A stretch of 64,000 nucleotides of DNA from Terriglobia bacterium. GTDB lineage: Bacteria > Acidobacteriota > Terriglobia > 20CM-2-55-15. Positions 31,862 through 41,127 of the stretch are shown in pieces. The position numbers were made by a program, and so were the translations under genes. The notes below the pieces were generated by a model. It searched no databases. It was not told where the DNA came from and saw only the letters and a program-made list of their open reading frames with translations. The stretch covers positions 224,001 through 288,000 of the forward strand of contig CAXWPJ010000009.1 in the NCBI GenBank assembly GCA_963664115.2. Reading direction: 5' to 3'. Positions within the stretch are counted from its first letter, which is position 1. Each line of letters starts with the position of its first letter.

Positions 31862-32508
31862 CTTTCACTCCCAGTGCGGTGCCAACTCCAATGTCGCTCG
31901 ACGCGGCCCAAAGCGAAGTCCGCGATCAGCGCCATCGCAGCGGCAGGAAGGGCCCCGACAAGAATCAATTGCGAATCGACCATCGAAACACCAATGAAGA
32001 TATATGTCCCCAGACCCCCGGCCCCTATAGCGGCTGCGATCGTAGCCAATCCGACTGAGATAACAGTGGCTACTCGGATTCCCGCAAAGATCACACCCAT
32101 GGCCAGGGGGATTTCGACTCGCCACAAAAGCTGCCAGTCCGTCATACCCATGCCCAGGGCCGATTCACGAACGGCGGGATCCACATGTGTGATGCCCGTG
32201 TACGTGTTGCGGATGATAGGCAACAAGGAGTACAGCAGCAGGGCGACAATGGCAGTTCGCGCACCGATGCCGCCGATGAACGGAATCGGTATGAGAAAAC
32301 CGAAAAGTGCCAAGCTCGGTATGGTTTGCATGATGTTGGCAAACGCCAAGATTGGCCGACTCAGCCAATCGCGGCGCGTCATCACCACCCCCAGCGGAAA
32401 ACCAATCGAGATTGCCAGCGAGATCGAAATTCCGACGAGTACAATATGTTCCAGGGTCAGCCCGGCAACTTCAGCCCAATTCAGGATCATGTACTCGAAC
32501 ACGTTCAT
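31858..32508 (-). CDS. Osmoprotectant ABC transporter permease
   Basis: QTIPSLALFG, ESALGMGMT (EAA loop), IGAGGLG. Confidence 0.92.
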   Translation of the reverse strand: MNVFEYMILNWAEVAGLTLEHIVLVGISISLAISIGFPLGVVMTRRDWLSRPILAFANIMQTIPSLALFGFLIPIPFIGGIGARTAIVALLLYSLLPIIRNTYTGITHVDPAVRESALGMGMTDWQLLWRVEIPLAMGVIFAGIRVATVISVGLATIAAAIGAGGLGTYIFIGVSMVDSQLILVGALPAAAMALIADFALGRVERHWSWHRTGSES

Positions 32509-33254
32509 GCCCAGGATCCTAGGAATTTTAGCGCCTCGGGGTCGTCAAGCTTCTTAAAATCCTCGGGCGGCACCAACGCAATTAGTCGTCCTTCTTTCAT
32601 CAGCCCAATGAGGTCGGCCAGGAGAAAAGCTTCACCGACATCATGGGTCACAAAGACCATTGTCTTTTTCAAACGGACTTGTAAACTACGAAACTCCTGC
32701 CGGATCTCCGCACGGGTGATCGGATCGAGCGCCCCGAAAGGTTCGTCGAGAAGAAGGAGCGCCGGATCGATCGCCAGGGCACGCGCCACGCCAACCCGCT
32801 GCCGTTGCCCACCCGACAATTCGTGGGGATAACGGTGGCCGAATTCATCCGGGTCAAGACCCACCAGGACCAGCATCTCTCTAACGCGCTCTCTGGTTTC
32901 GTCGAGGGTCCAATCCTCCAACGACGGAACAAGAGCTACATTCTCAGAAACTGTGAAATGCGGAAAGAGTCCGACTTCCTGAATCACGTACCCGATGTGA
33001 CGGCGCAAACGGATCGGATCCCATTCGAGTGTTGAGAGGCCGTCCACAATAATCCGGCCGCTTGAAGGATCAAGTAAGCGGTTCACAAGCTTCAAGGTCG
33101 TGGTTTTACCCGAACCGCTACGGCCGAGCAGTACGACAGACGTACCCTGGGGAATTCGCAGGTTGAGTCCTTCGATGATGGGCTTTCCGGAATCTAAGCG
33201 GTAGTCCACGTTCTCGAATTCGATGCTGGCAGGCGGATTGTGACCCTGAGACAT
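32505..33254 (-). CDS. Osmoprotectant ABC transporter ATP-binding protein
   Basis: GRSGSGKT, LSGGQRQR, DEPFGALD, FVTHD. Confidence 0.93.
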   Translation of the reverse strand: MSQGHNPPASIEFENVDYRLDSGKPIIEGLNLRIPQGTSVVLLGRSGSGKTTTLKLVNRLLDPSSGRIIVDGLSTLEWDPIRLRRHIGYVIQEVGLFPHFTVSENVALVPSLEDWTLDETRERVREMLVLVGLDPDEFGHRYPHELSGGQRQRVGVARALAIDPALLLLDEPFGALDPITRAEIRQEFRSLQVRLKKTMVFVTHDVGEAFLLADLIGLMKEGRLIALVPPEDFKKLDDPEALKFLGSWA

Positions 33255-33335
33255 TGGGTTTCTAAGCATACCGTATAATTGACCCGCTTCAGGTTGAGGG
33301 AAGAGTGCGTCGGGACCCACCGCGCACTACTTAAG

Positions 33336-34481
33336 ATGGAGTGCCCTTTGAGTTTGAACTTATCCTGGATCGAAATTAGCGGCAGCCGGCTCCAGAACAA
33401 CCTGCAATCATTCCGCGGTATCCTCTCGCCAGGTACGCTGCTGATGGTCGTGGTCAAGTCCAATGCCTACGGTCATGGCTTGAGTGTCGTCTCAGACGTC
33501 CTCCGAGACCATGTCGACTGGTTCGGCGTCGACTCGCTGACCGAAGCGCTCGAAGTCGAATATGTCGCCCCTGGAAAACCCGTATTGATTTTGGGATATT
33601 CCAGAGTCGAGGACGGGGCCGAAATCGTCGGTCGGGAATTCCGTCAGGTCATCTATCGTCAAGACATGGCTCACGCCCTTTCTGAGGCGGGCACACGAAC
33701 CGGAAAGACGGCAAGAGTCCATCTAAAGATCGAAACCGGCACGAACCGTCAGGGCATCCCGTTAGACGAGGTCGCCGCTTTCAGCCAGTTCGTCTCCCGG
33801 CTCCCGGGGATAGAGATCGAAGGCGTGTACACCCACTTCGCCAACATCGAGGACACTCTCGATCCCTCGTTTGCAAAGCTGCAGGTTGAGCGCTTTGGGG
33901 AAGCGATTAAGCGGATCGAGGAAACGGGTGTTCGGCCAGCCCAGGTCCACGCCCATGCGACAGCAGGAATCCTCCTCTATCCGGAAACGCATTTCACGAT
34001 GGTCCGTCTGGGAATCGGTGCTTACGGCACATGGCCTTCACGAGAGACTCGGCTCGCGGCAAGAGAGCGTGGCCGGGAGGTAAACCTTGAACCCGCCCTG
34101 ACGTGGAAGACACGCATCGTACAATTAAAAAACATTGAAGCGGGCGAATACGTCGGATATGGATTGTCGTTTCGGGCCAACCGGGTGACGACACTCGCCG
34201 TTATTCCCGTCGGTTATTACGAAGGCTACGATCGGGCGCTTTCTAACGCCGGCCAGGCGCTGGTCGGAGGCGTTAGGGTCCCCATCGTCGGTCGGGTGGC
34301 CATGAACATGACGGTGCTGGATGTGACAGACGTCGCTCCCCTCCTGGATGACGAGGTGGTCCTGATCGGACGTCAGGGAGAGAGCGAAGTTACTGCGGAC
34401 GCATTGGCGGACAAATCAGATACGATCGCCTACGAGGTTTTCGCACGTATCAATCCCTTGTTGGAACGCAGGCTTGTCTGA
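33336..34481 (+). CDS. alr: Alanine racemase
   Basis: VVKSNAYGHG PLP lysine motif, HLKIETG, GRVAMN; start uncertain. Confidence 0.95.
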   Translation: MECPLSLNLSWIEISGSRLQNNLQSFRGILSPGTLLMVVVKSNAYGHGLSVVSDVLRDHVDWFGVDSLTEALEVEYVAPGKPVLILGYSRVEDGAEIVGREFRQVIYRQDMAHALSEAGTRTGKTARVHLKIETGTNRQGIPLDEVAAFSQFVSRLPGIEIEGVYTHFANIEDTLDPSFAKLQVERFGEAIKRIEETGVRPAQVHAHATAGILLYPETHFTMVRLGIGAYGTWPSRETRLAARERGREVNLEPALTWKTRIVQLKNIEAGEYVGYGLSFRANRVTTLAVIPVGYYEGYDRALSNAGQALVGGVRVPIVGRVAMNMTVLDVTDVAPLLDDEVVLIGRQGESEVTADALADKSDTIAYEVFARINPLLERRLV

Positions 34482-34548
34482 GGGTCGGACACGGGCCAGC
34501 ATCGTTCTGTTAACGCACGGCTAGTTTCTCAGTTAATCTAACGCAGCA

Positions 34549-35298
34549 ATGCCACGCATCAAAATCATCGCGCTGCTGGTCAGCGTTTCCATCCTTACCG
34601 GCTCTCTGTTCGTTTATGGTCAGCGATTCGGGCGGTTCGGGAGAACGTACATCGATCAGAACGACCCGCCGGCCACCGAGTTGATCATCGCGCGCTGGAA
34701 ATTCGGCGGCAACGGCCGATTTGGGAATATGGGCTGGTCCCACAATTATCCATACTCGGAACAACACATCGCCCAGTTGATTTCTGAGGCAACGGCAGTC
34801 GACGTCAATTACATGTCCTACCGGATCGTCGAACTGGGCACCGATGATGTCTTCGACTACCCTTTTGCCTACGTTTCCGAGCCGGGAGAAATGGCGCTCA
34901 CCCGGGTGGAAGTCGAAAACCTCCGCCAATTCATTGATCGGGGCGGCTTCCTCCTGATCGATGATTTCGATGGACCCGACCAGTTCGCAACGATGCGCGA
35001 TCAATTCCGCCGGGCTTTTCCCGACAGGGAATTCGTATCGCTGACCATCAGCCATCCGATCTTCCACGCGTTCTTCGACCTTGAGGACTTGAATGTCATG
35101 GCTCCGTACGTCCCCGGAGGCAACTCCGCCTATCTGGGGATGCTCAACGACCAGGGCGACGTCGCCGTCATCGCGTGCTACAACAACGACCTCGCGAATT
35201 TCTGGGACTGGATCGACGAAGCGCGCTATCCTCTCCGCCCTTCGACTGAAGCTTTCCGGATGGGAATCAATTTTGTCATCTATTCAATGACGCACTGA
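34549..35298 (+). CDS. DUF4159 domain secreted protein
   Basis: WSHNYP, YPFAYVSEPG, GGFLLIDDF, GINFVIYSMTH C-terminus. Confidence 0.85.
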   Translation: MPRIKIIALLVSVSILTGSLFVYGQRFGRFGRTYIDQNDPPATELIIARWKFGGNGRFGNMGWSHNYPYSEQHIAQLISEATAVDVNYMSYRIVELGTDDVFDYPFAYVSEPGEMALTRVEVENLRQFIDRGGFLLIDDFDGPDQFATMRDQFRRAFPDREFVSLTISHPIFHAFFDLEDLNVMAPYVPGGNSAYLGMLNDQGDVAVIACYNNDLANFWDWIDEARYPLRPSTEAFRMGINFVIYSMTH

Positions 35299-35308
35299 TG
35301 ATCTATTA

Positions 35309-36310
35309 ATGGTAGCCAAACTCAAGTTAACGCTTTCGATTCCAGCCATCCTGATGCCGCTCATAGTCTTCGCGCCGATGGCAGCAACGGGGCAGAACAC
35401 GCTACGAGTCGACGTGGAGCTTGTGAACGTCGTGGTGACGGTCACGGACGGAGAAGGGCGTTACGTTGCAGGACTGAATCTGGATGACTTCATTATCACA
35501 GATGAAGGAATCCCTCAGAACCCCGCCCACTTTGCCCGGGACAACGACGTCCCTCTGAGTATCGGCATTGTTCTCGACACCAGTGCCAGCATGCTGAAAC
35601 GGATCGACACCGCTCTGGCCGCCGTCGATCGCTTTGTAGCGACACTTCACGCCGATGACGACGTGTTTTTCATGACGTTTGCTGATCGTGTCTCCCTGGT
35701 CCAGGACCTGACTCGTGATCGCATAAGACTCTCGAGGGCTTTGCTGGAAGCCCGTCCTTGGGGTGGAACCTCCCTTTACGATGCCCTGGTCCGAAGCCTC
35801 GAAACGGTGGTCCGTGGGCGTCATGACAAGCAGGCGATTCTGGTGCTGACCGACGGAACCGATACATCCAGTGAGTTCGGTCTAGGCGATGCCCTCGACG
35901 CTGTCGAGGCTACGGAAGTTCTTATCTATGGGCTCGGTATCGATGCCATGCGATTCGGGAATCCGGTCGAACATGTCCGTTTCGACTGGCCGGGAACGGT
36001 TTCGCCCAACGCCCTCAACCTTCTTCAGAGGCCCTTCAGAGAGGGGCCCGTGGACATGGACGTACTCGAAGATTTTGCCGCAGCCAGTGGGGGGCAGGCG
36101 TTCCGAGTCACCCGGACCTGGGAGGGAGGTAGAGCCGACGACATCGACCGGGTACTCGATGAGGTGTCTGCAGAGCTTCGAAACCAATACTCACTCGGAT
36201 ACTATCCCTCCAATTCCGGGGACGGACGTTTCCACAAAATTCAGGTCCAAATCCGGGATCACGACGAATACTCGGTCCGTACGCGCGCCGGCTACACGGC
36301 TGCCCCCTAA
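35309..36310 (+). CDS. VWA domain protein, Acidobacterial type
   Basis: LRVDVELV N-terminus, DTSAS MIDAS, TDGTD, ELRNQYSLGY, VRTRAGY. Confidence 0.9.
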   Translation: MVAKLKLTLSIPAILMPLIVFAPMAATGQNTLRVDVELVNVVVTVTDGEGRYVAGLNLDDFIITDEGIPQNPAHFARDNDVPLSIGIVLDTSASMLKRIDTALAAVDRFVATLHADDDVFFMTFADRVSLVQDLTRDRIRLSRALLEARPWGGTSLYDALVRSLETVVRGRHDKQAILVLTDGTDTSSEFGLGDALDAVEATEVLIYGLGIDAMRFGNPVEHVRFDWPGTVSPNALNLLQRPFREGPVDMDVLEDFAAASGGQAFRVTRTWEGGRADDIDRVLDEVSAELRNQYSLGYYPSNSGDGRFHKIQVQIRDHDEYSVRTRAGYTAAP

Positions 36311-37305
36311 GCTTGAGCGATCGGGACTTCCCGCAAGAACCTCGCCGTATCCTCTGGGATGGACGGATTGATAAACATTCCCGAACCCATTTCGAACCCG
36401 GCCACTCTCGAAACATGCGGAATGATCGAAAGGTACCAATGGTAGCTCCGGGGATCGGTCCGGCCGGCGAAGACAGAACGAATGACAAAGTTAAAATCGG
36501 GACCCAGCAATGCAAGTTCGATTTTGGACAGAACGGACCGAATATGCTCCGCCAGATCCGCGATACCCGTTTCCGATAGCTTCCCGAAATCCGGAGAGTG
36601 TTCGGCGGGAAACACCATGATGTGAAACGGTGAAAGGGCCGCGTACGGGATGAAGCTGACAAATCCGCGGGTCTTGTGAACCACTCGCTCACCGAACTCA
36701 CACTCGTCTTCAATTACGGAACAGAACAGACATTGGGAGTTCTCGTCGAAATACCGGACCGCGTCCCAAACGCGGCGCCGGACATCTGCGGGCATGACAG
36801 GTGTGCCCACCACCTGGGAATGCGGATGCAATATGGAAGTCCCCGACGATCGGCCATGGTTCTTAAACGGCACCACGAGCTCGATGCGGGGATCCTTGCT
36901 GAGTTCTTCATAACGGCTTCGAATCATCTCGAACACTTCAGCAATGCCACTCACCGGCTGCCTCCAGAGCCAGCGATTGTGTTCCGGATGCTCGATCACC
37001 ACATCGTGGTGGCCAAAGCCTGTCATGGATCTCCGCCTGGCACTGCCACTCTTTCGCTTGATTTCGGACGGCGACAGAGCCGGAAATTTGTTGCGAACCA
37101 GCCGAACGCCCCAGGATCCGCCCCGGTCCGTTTGGGCCAGCGTTTCTGAGCTGTCTTCGTTGCCGGGACAGAAAGGACAGTCGTCGACTCTGGCAGGGGG
37201 GTCCGATGGATCCTGCTCGGTGATGAACTCTTCGGGTCTATGGGACCGCTCGGTGGCGATAATCACCCAGTCCCCAGTGATTCGATTGAAGCGCAGTTCA
37301 GACAT
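36307..37305 (-). CDS. galT: Galactose-1-phosphate uridylyltransferase
   Basis: CPFCPGNE, NKFPAL, HPHSQ catalytic motif. Confidence 0.93.
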   Translation of the reverse strand: MSELRFNRITGDWVIIATERSHRPEEFITEQDPSDPPARVDDCPFCPGNEDSSETLAQTDRGGSWGVRLVRNKFPALSPSEIKRKSGSARRRSMTGFGHHDVVIEHPEHNRWLWRQPVSGIAEVFEMIRSRYEELSKDPRIELVVPFKNHGRSSGTSILHPHSQVVGTPVMPADVRRRVWDAVRYFDENSQCLFCSVIEDECEFGERVVHKTRGFVSFIPYAALSPFHIMVFPAEHSPDFGKLSETGIADLAEHIRSVLSKIELALLGPDFNFVIRSVFAGRTDPRSYHWYLSIIPHVSRVAGFEMGSGMFINPSIPEDTARFLREVPIAQA

Positions 37306-37394
37306 GGCCGCTCCTTGGAAGAAGCGTTCCCCACACATGTCTCAAACGGAAATTATACAGCGGAGCCGGATTTGTAAACAGAAACTTATGCCGC

Positions 37395-38063
37395 TTAAAA
37401 CAGCATTCGGGGACGCAGGTAAAGCTCGTAGGCGAGGAGTTTCTGGAACTCGATAAGAAACGTACGGACGTGGCGCACTTCCCGCCACCATCCATTAGGC
37501 CGGAACTCGCTGTAGCGGGAACCGATTACCGCAATCTGCCACTCGGCGTCGAAAACAAAGTCCGTGATGAGAAGCGCCCGGCGCGAGTGATAGTTGGATG
37601 TCACTACGATCAATCGACGCCAATCCCGATCAGCGGCGAATCGACGTACTCCAAGCAGTTCGCCCATGGACTCGCTGCTGCTGTCCTCAATGCGAAAGAT
37701 GTCTTCCTCCGCCACTCCAAACCCGTTCAGGACGCGAAGGTAGTTCTCATACGGCAGGACGAGTTCGATACCCAACTCGGCCAGTTCTCGATAGTTATCG
37801 GGCGCTTCTTCCGTCGTAATCAACACGCGGGGCGCGAGACCATCGTTGAAAAGGTCTGCCGCCTCCCGGGCACGGTCAGGGCCCCCACCTCCCAGGATCA
37901 CAATTGCGTCGGCTGGAAAGGGCTCGACCTCAGCAATCAACAGTGTGCCTGACCAAACCAGGAATTCCGGAACGAAGAGATAGGCGAGGCCTGCAGCCGC
38001 TACGAAGGTCACGAATCCGGCTAATAGAATGCGCCGGGTGAAGCGGATACGTGGCCTCTTCAT
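37395..38063 (-). CDS. YdcF/DUF218 family protein
   Basis: N-terminal TM; ADAIVILGGG, IVVTSNYHSRRA. Confidence 0.88.
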   Translation of the reverse strand: MKRPRIRFTRRILLAGFVTFVAAAGLAYLFVPEFLVWSGTLLIAEVEPFPADAIVILGGGGPDRAREAADLFNDGLAPRVLITTEEAPDNYRELAELGIELVLPYENYLRVLNGFGVAEEDIFRIEDSSSESMGELLGVRRFAADRDWRRLIVVTSNYHSRRALLITDFVFDAEWQIAVIGSRYSEFRPNGWWREVRHVRTFLIEFQKLLAYELYLRPRMLF

Positions 38064-38099
38064 CTGTCCCCTCCCCGCACATCGGGCCGCAGCCGCCCC

Positions 38100-38208
38100 C
38101 AACCGCCACAGGCAGGTGTCGGAAGCGATTCTCGGTCATGAGGGCCATCGTCTCTTCGACCCTCAACCGGGCCTGGCGCCGATCACCGGATGGAACACCA
38201 ACTTCATG
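38100..38208 (-). pseudogene. CBS-domain remnant
   Basis: 'VEETMALMTENRFRHLPV' is a CBS signature; frameshifted relative to the upstream ATG and truncated. Confidence 0.55.
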
Positions 38209-38583
38209 GAGAGCCCTCGTTAATTTTGGGCCAGATTAGCATTGTCAATCGCGTCAGTCATAGGAAAAAGGGTGGGGTCGGAATTCGCAACATCGGGGAC
38301 GGAGGCAGATTTCGGAACGTCCTGTAATTGTCGGAACTTGCATCCGGAAGAAATCTGCCTCCGTCCCGGAAAGCCGGTTTGGACTTTGACTACCACTCGT
38401 GTGAAAAAGAAGTGTAAACTACCGGCGGTCCGCTCCAAAAACAGACTCCGCTGGACTGACCGGAAGAGATCGATCAGAACCATGAACAGGTTATCGCTCG
38501 ACGACGTTATCGACAGGAATCCCGCCGAGGACCTCACGATCAGCGACTTTGAGAATAAAGAAATCGAGTAGTTACGACGGCGA

Positions 38584-39105
38584 ATGACCTTGCTCACCGC
38601 AACCTTCTACTACATGGCGACCGCCTCGGTGGTGAGCGCCCTACTGGCCGTGACACGGAGGAATCCCCTGCATAGCCTGCTCTGGGTGCTGGCGCTCTTC
38701 GGTCACGTCGCAGGCATCTTCCTGTTGCTGGAGGCTGAGTTTCTGGCGGTCGTGCAGGTCGTCGTGTATGCCGGGGCAATCTTGATCTTCTACCTCTTCG
38801 TCATGATGCTGCTCGACCTGTCGGACGAGGACACCCGGCCGCGGTTCGGCAATCATTGGCCCTTCGCTGCGGGTGCGGGACTCCTCTTTGTTGCCATAGC
38901 GTTTATCGCCCAACTCGAGCGGTCGAACATGGTCGGAATCAGGGGCACACCCTCGGGGGAAGGCCCGCTTCAAGGAAGCCTGGAAGGGATTGGTTTGGCG
39001 CTTTTCGGCCCATTTGCGTTGCCATTCGAAATGGTATCCCTGGTGCTGCTGGCCGCAATCGTCGGGGCTGTCGTTCTTGCACAGAGGAGGGTGCCCCGGC
39101 CATGA
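38584..39105 (+). CDS. nuoJ: NADH-quinone oxidoreductase subunit J
   Basis: AEFLAVVQVVVYAGAI, FEMVSLVLLAAIVGAVVL. Confidence 0.93.
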   Translation: MTLLTATFYYMATASVVSALLAVTRRNPLHSLLWVLALFGHVAGIFLLLEAEFLAVVQVVVYAGAILIFYLFVMMLLDLSDEDTRPRFGNHWPFAAGAGLLFVAIAFIAQLERSNMVGIRGTPSGEGPLQGSLEGIGLALFGPFALPFEMVSLVLLAAIVGAVVLAQRRVPRP

Positions 39106-39407
39106 TTGTGCCGACGAACGTGGTTCTGGGATTGAGCGCCATCCTGTTTGGAATTGGAGTATTCGGATTCCTGGCCCGTCGCAACGTTATCCTCATGCTC
39201 GTCTCGATTGAGGTCATGCTCAACGCAATTAACGTCAGTCTGGTCGGATTCAGCCAACACTTCGAAAATCCGCACGGCCAGATCATGGCCCTTTTCGTGA
39301 TCGCGGTGGCAGCCGCCGAAGCAGGGATCGGTCTGGGGCTTGTGATCGCCTTGAACCGGAACAAACCCGGGGTCCGCGTAGGAGACCTTACCGAACTCAA
39401 ATGGTAA
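39102..39407 (+). CDS. nuoK: NADH-quinone oxidoreductase subunit K
   Basis: RRNVILMLVSIEVMLNA, VAAAEAGIGL; ATG at 39102 overlaps the nuoJ stop. Confidence 0.93.
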   Translation: MIVPTNVVLGLSAILFGIGVFGFLARRNVILMLVSIEVMLNAINVSLVGFSQHFENPHGQIMALFVIAVAAAEAGIGLGLVIALNRNKPGVRVGDLTELKW

Positions 39408-40867
39408 CGTTTTCGGTTATGCCGCTGCTTGCGGTGCTCGTCTCGGCGGTGGGTGCGCTCCTGATCGCATGCACCGGCGAGCGTCGTGCCAATTTAAGGG
39501 AGTTCTGGTCGATTGCGGCGGGTGTCGGGCTGTTCGCTCTCGTCGCGAGCATGATCCCGAAGATATTAGCCGGTGGAACGGTGGAATTTGTGCTGTTCCG
39601 GATCCTCCCGGGCATCGATCTCGCCTTTAGAGCGGATGCCTTCGGCCTACTTTTTGCCTCCGGGGCGGCACTGCTCTGGATCTTGACCTCGTTCTATTCG
39701 ATCGGTTACATGCGTTCTCTCAAGGAGCACGCACAGACCCGTTACTATTCGTGCTTCGCACTGGCGCTCACCACGACGATTGGAGTGGCCTTCTCTGCCA
39801 ACCTCTTCACGCTGTTTGTATTTTACGAGGGCTTGACGCTGGTCACCTATCCACTCGTAGGGCACAACGAAACGGCCGAAGCCCGAGCGGGAGCCCGTAA
39901 ATATGTAATTTATCTGCTGGGTGCGGCCAAGGTCTTCCTGGTAGCCGCCATTGTGCTGACCTATAACGTCGCCGGGACCCTGGACTTCCGCAGTGGCGGA
40001 ATAATGCCGGCTGAACTGGTGAGCGAGCAGCCCACGCTTCTTTTTATGATCTTCGCCCTGTTCCTGTTTGGATTCGCCAAGAACGCACTGATGCCGCTAC
40101 ATAGCTGGTTACCGGCTGCAATGGTTGCGCCGACGCCGGTGAGCGCGCTTCTGCATGCGGTGGCTGTCGTCAAGACGGGTGTGTTCTCCACGCTCCGGGT
40201 CTTTCTCTTCATCTTCGGTCCCGAGGCCATGAGGGAACTCGGCGCCGACCAGCTGGCACTGGGCTTTGCAGCGGTAACGATTGTGGTCGGATCGCTTCTA
40301 GCGCTCAGCCAGGATAACCTCAAAGCCAGGCTGGCGTTCTCCACGGTCAGCCAGCTTTCCTACATCATCCTGGGCGCAGCACTCTTGAACTCCAGCGGAG
40401 TGATGGGCGGAGTCGCCCATATCACCAACCACGCCGTATCGAAGATCACGCTGTTCTTCTGCGCCGGTTCGATTTATGTATCCGCACACAAAACCGAAAT
40501 CAGCCAGATGTCCGGCCTGGCAAAACGCATGCCATGGACCATGGCTGCGTTTGCGCTGGCGTCCTTGAGCGTGGTGGGTATACCCATTACCAGCGGGTTC
40601 GTTTCCAAGTGGTACCTCGCCATCGGCGCGGTAGAGGGTCAGAGCTTTATCTTGTTGGGTGTACTTTTAGTCAGCTCGCTTCTAAACGCGGTCTACCTCG
40701 GCTCGATTGTGTACAAGGCCTACTTCGAAAAGGAGTCATCGCCGAACGAAGAAATCCGCGAAGTAGGGTGGATCGTTGCACCGTTGACAATTAGCGCAGC
40801 CCTAAGCCTGCTACTGGGACTCTACTCTGACCCTGTACTGGCACTGGCGGGAAGGGTCCTTCAGTGA
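39401..40867 (+). CDS. MrpD/MnhD-like antiporter-type subunit (proton-conducting membrane transporter family)
   Basis: FYE (TM5 Glu), FAKNALMPLHSWLP (TM7 Lys), RLAFSTVSQLSY; 488 aa with no NuoL-type tail. Confidence 0.85.
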   Translation: MVTFSVMPLLAVLVSAVGALLIACTGERRANLREFWSIAAGVGLFALVASMIPKILAGGTVEFVLFRILPGIDLAFRADAFGLLFASGAALLWILTSFYSIGYMRSLKEHAQTRYYSCFALALTTTIGVAFSANLFTLFVFYEGLTLVTYPLVGHNETAEARAGARKYVIYLLGAAKVFLVAAIVLTYNVAGTLDFRSGGIMPAELVSEQPTLLFMIFALFLFGFAKNALMPLHSWLPAAMVAPTPVSALLHAVAVVKTGVFSTLRVFLFIFGPEAMRELGADQLALGFAAVTIVVGSLLALSQDNLKARLAFSTVSQLSYIILGAALLNSSGVMGGVAHITNHAVSKITLFFCAGSIYVSAHKTEISQMSGLAKRMPWTMAAFALASLSVVGIPITSGFVSKWYLAIGAVEGQSFILLGVLLVSSLLNAVYLGSIVYKAYFEKESSPNEEIREVGWIVAPLTISAALSLLLGLYSDPVLALAGRVLQ

Positions 40868-41127
40868 ATTTCTTGGAGCGACAGCTGGAAGATAAGGTTC
40901 GTTTCGCCCGGATCAAGCGCCTCTTTTACGTCGTCCTGGGCGTAATAGCCGTTGCCGAAATCGTTCTGCCGCTCGTCTTCGAAGGAGAGGAACACCACTT
41001 CGGATTCGAGGGCTTCCCAGCCTGGGGCTCGCTCTATGGGCTGATCTCCTGCGTGGCGATCATCGTCGTATCGAAACTCATCGGAAAGGCGTGGCTCATG
41101 CGCCGTGAGAACTACTATGACTCTTGA
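40864..41127 (+). CDS. Small 2-TM membrane protein inside the nuo/mrp cluster
   Basis: 87 aa with two hydrophobic helices; overlaps both neighbouring genes. Confidence 0.8.
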   Translation: MNFLERQLEDKVRFARIKRLFYVVLGVIAVAEIVLPLVFEGEEHHFGFEGFPAWGSLYGLISCVAIIVVSKLIGKAWLMRRENYYDS

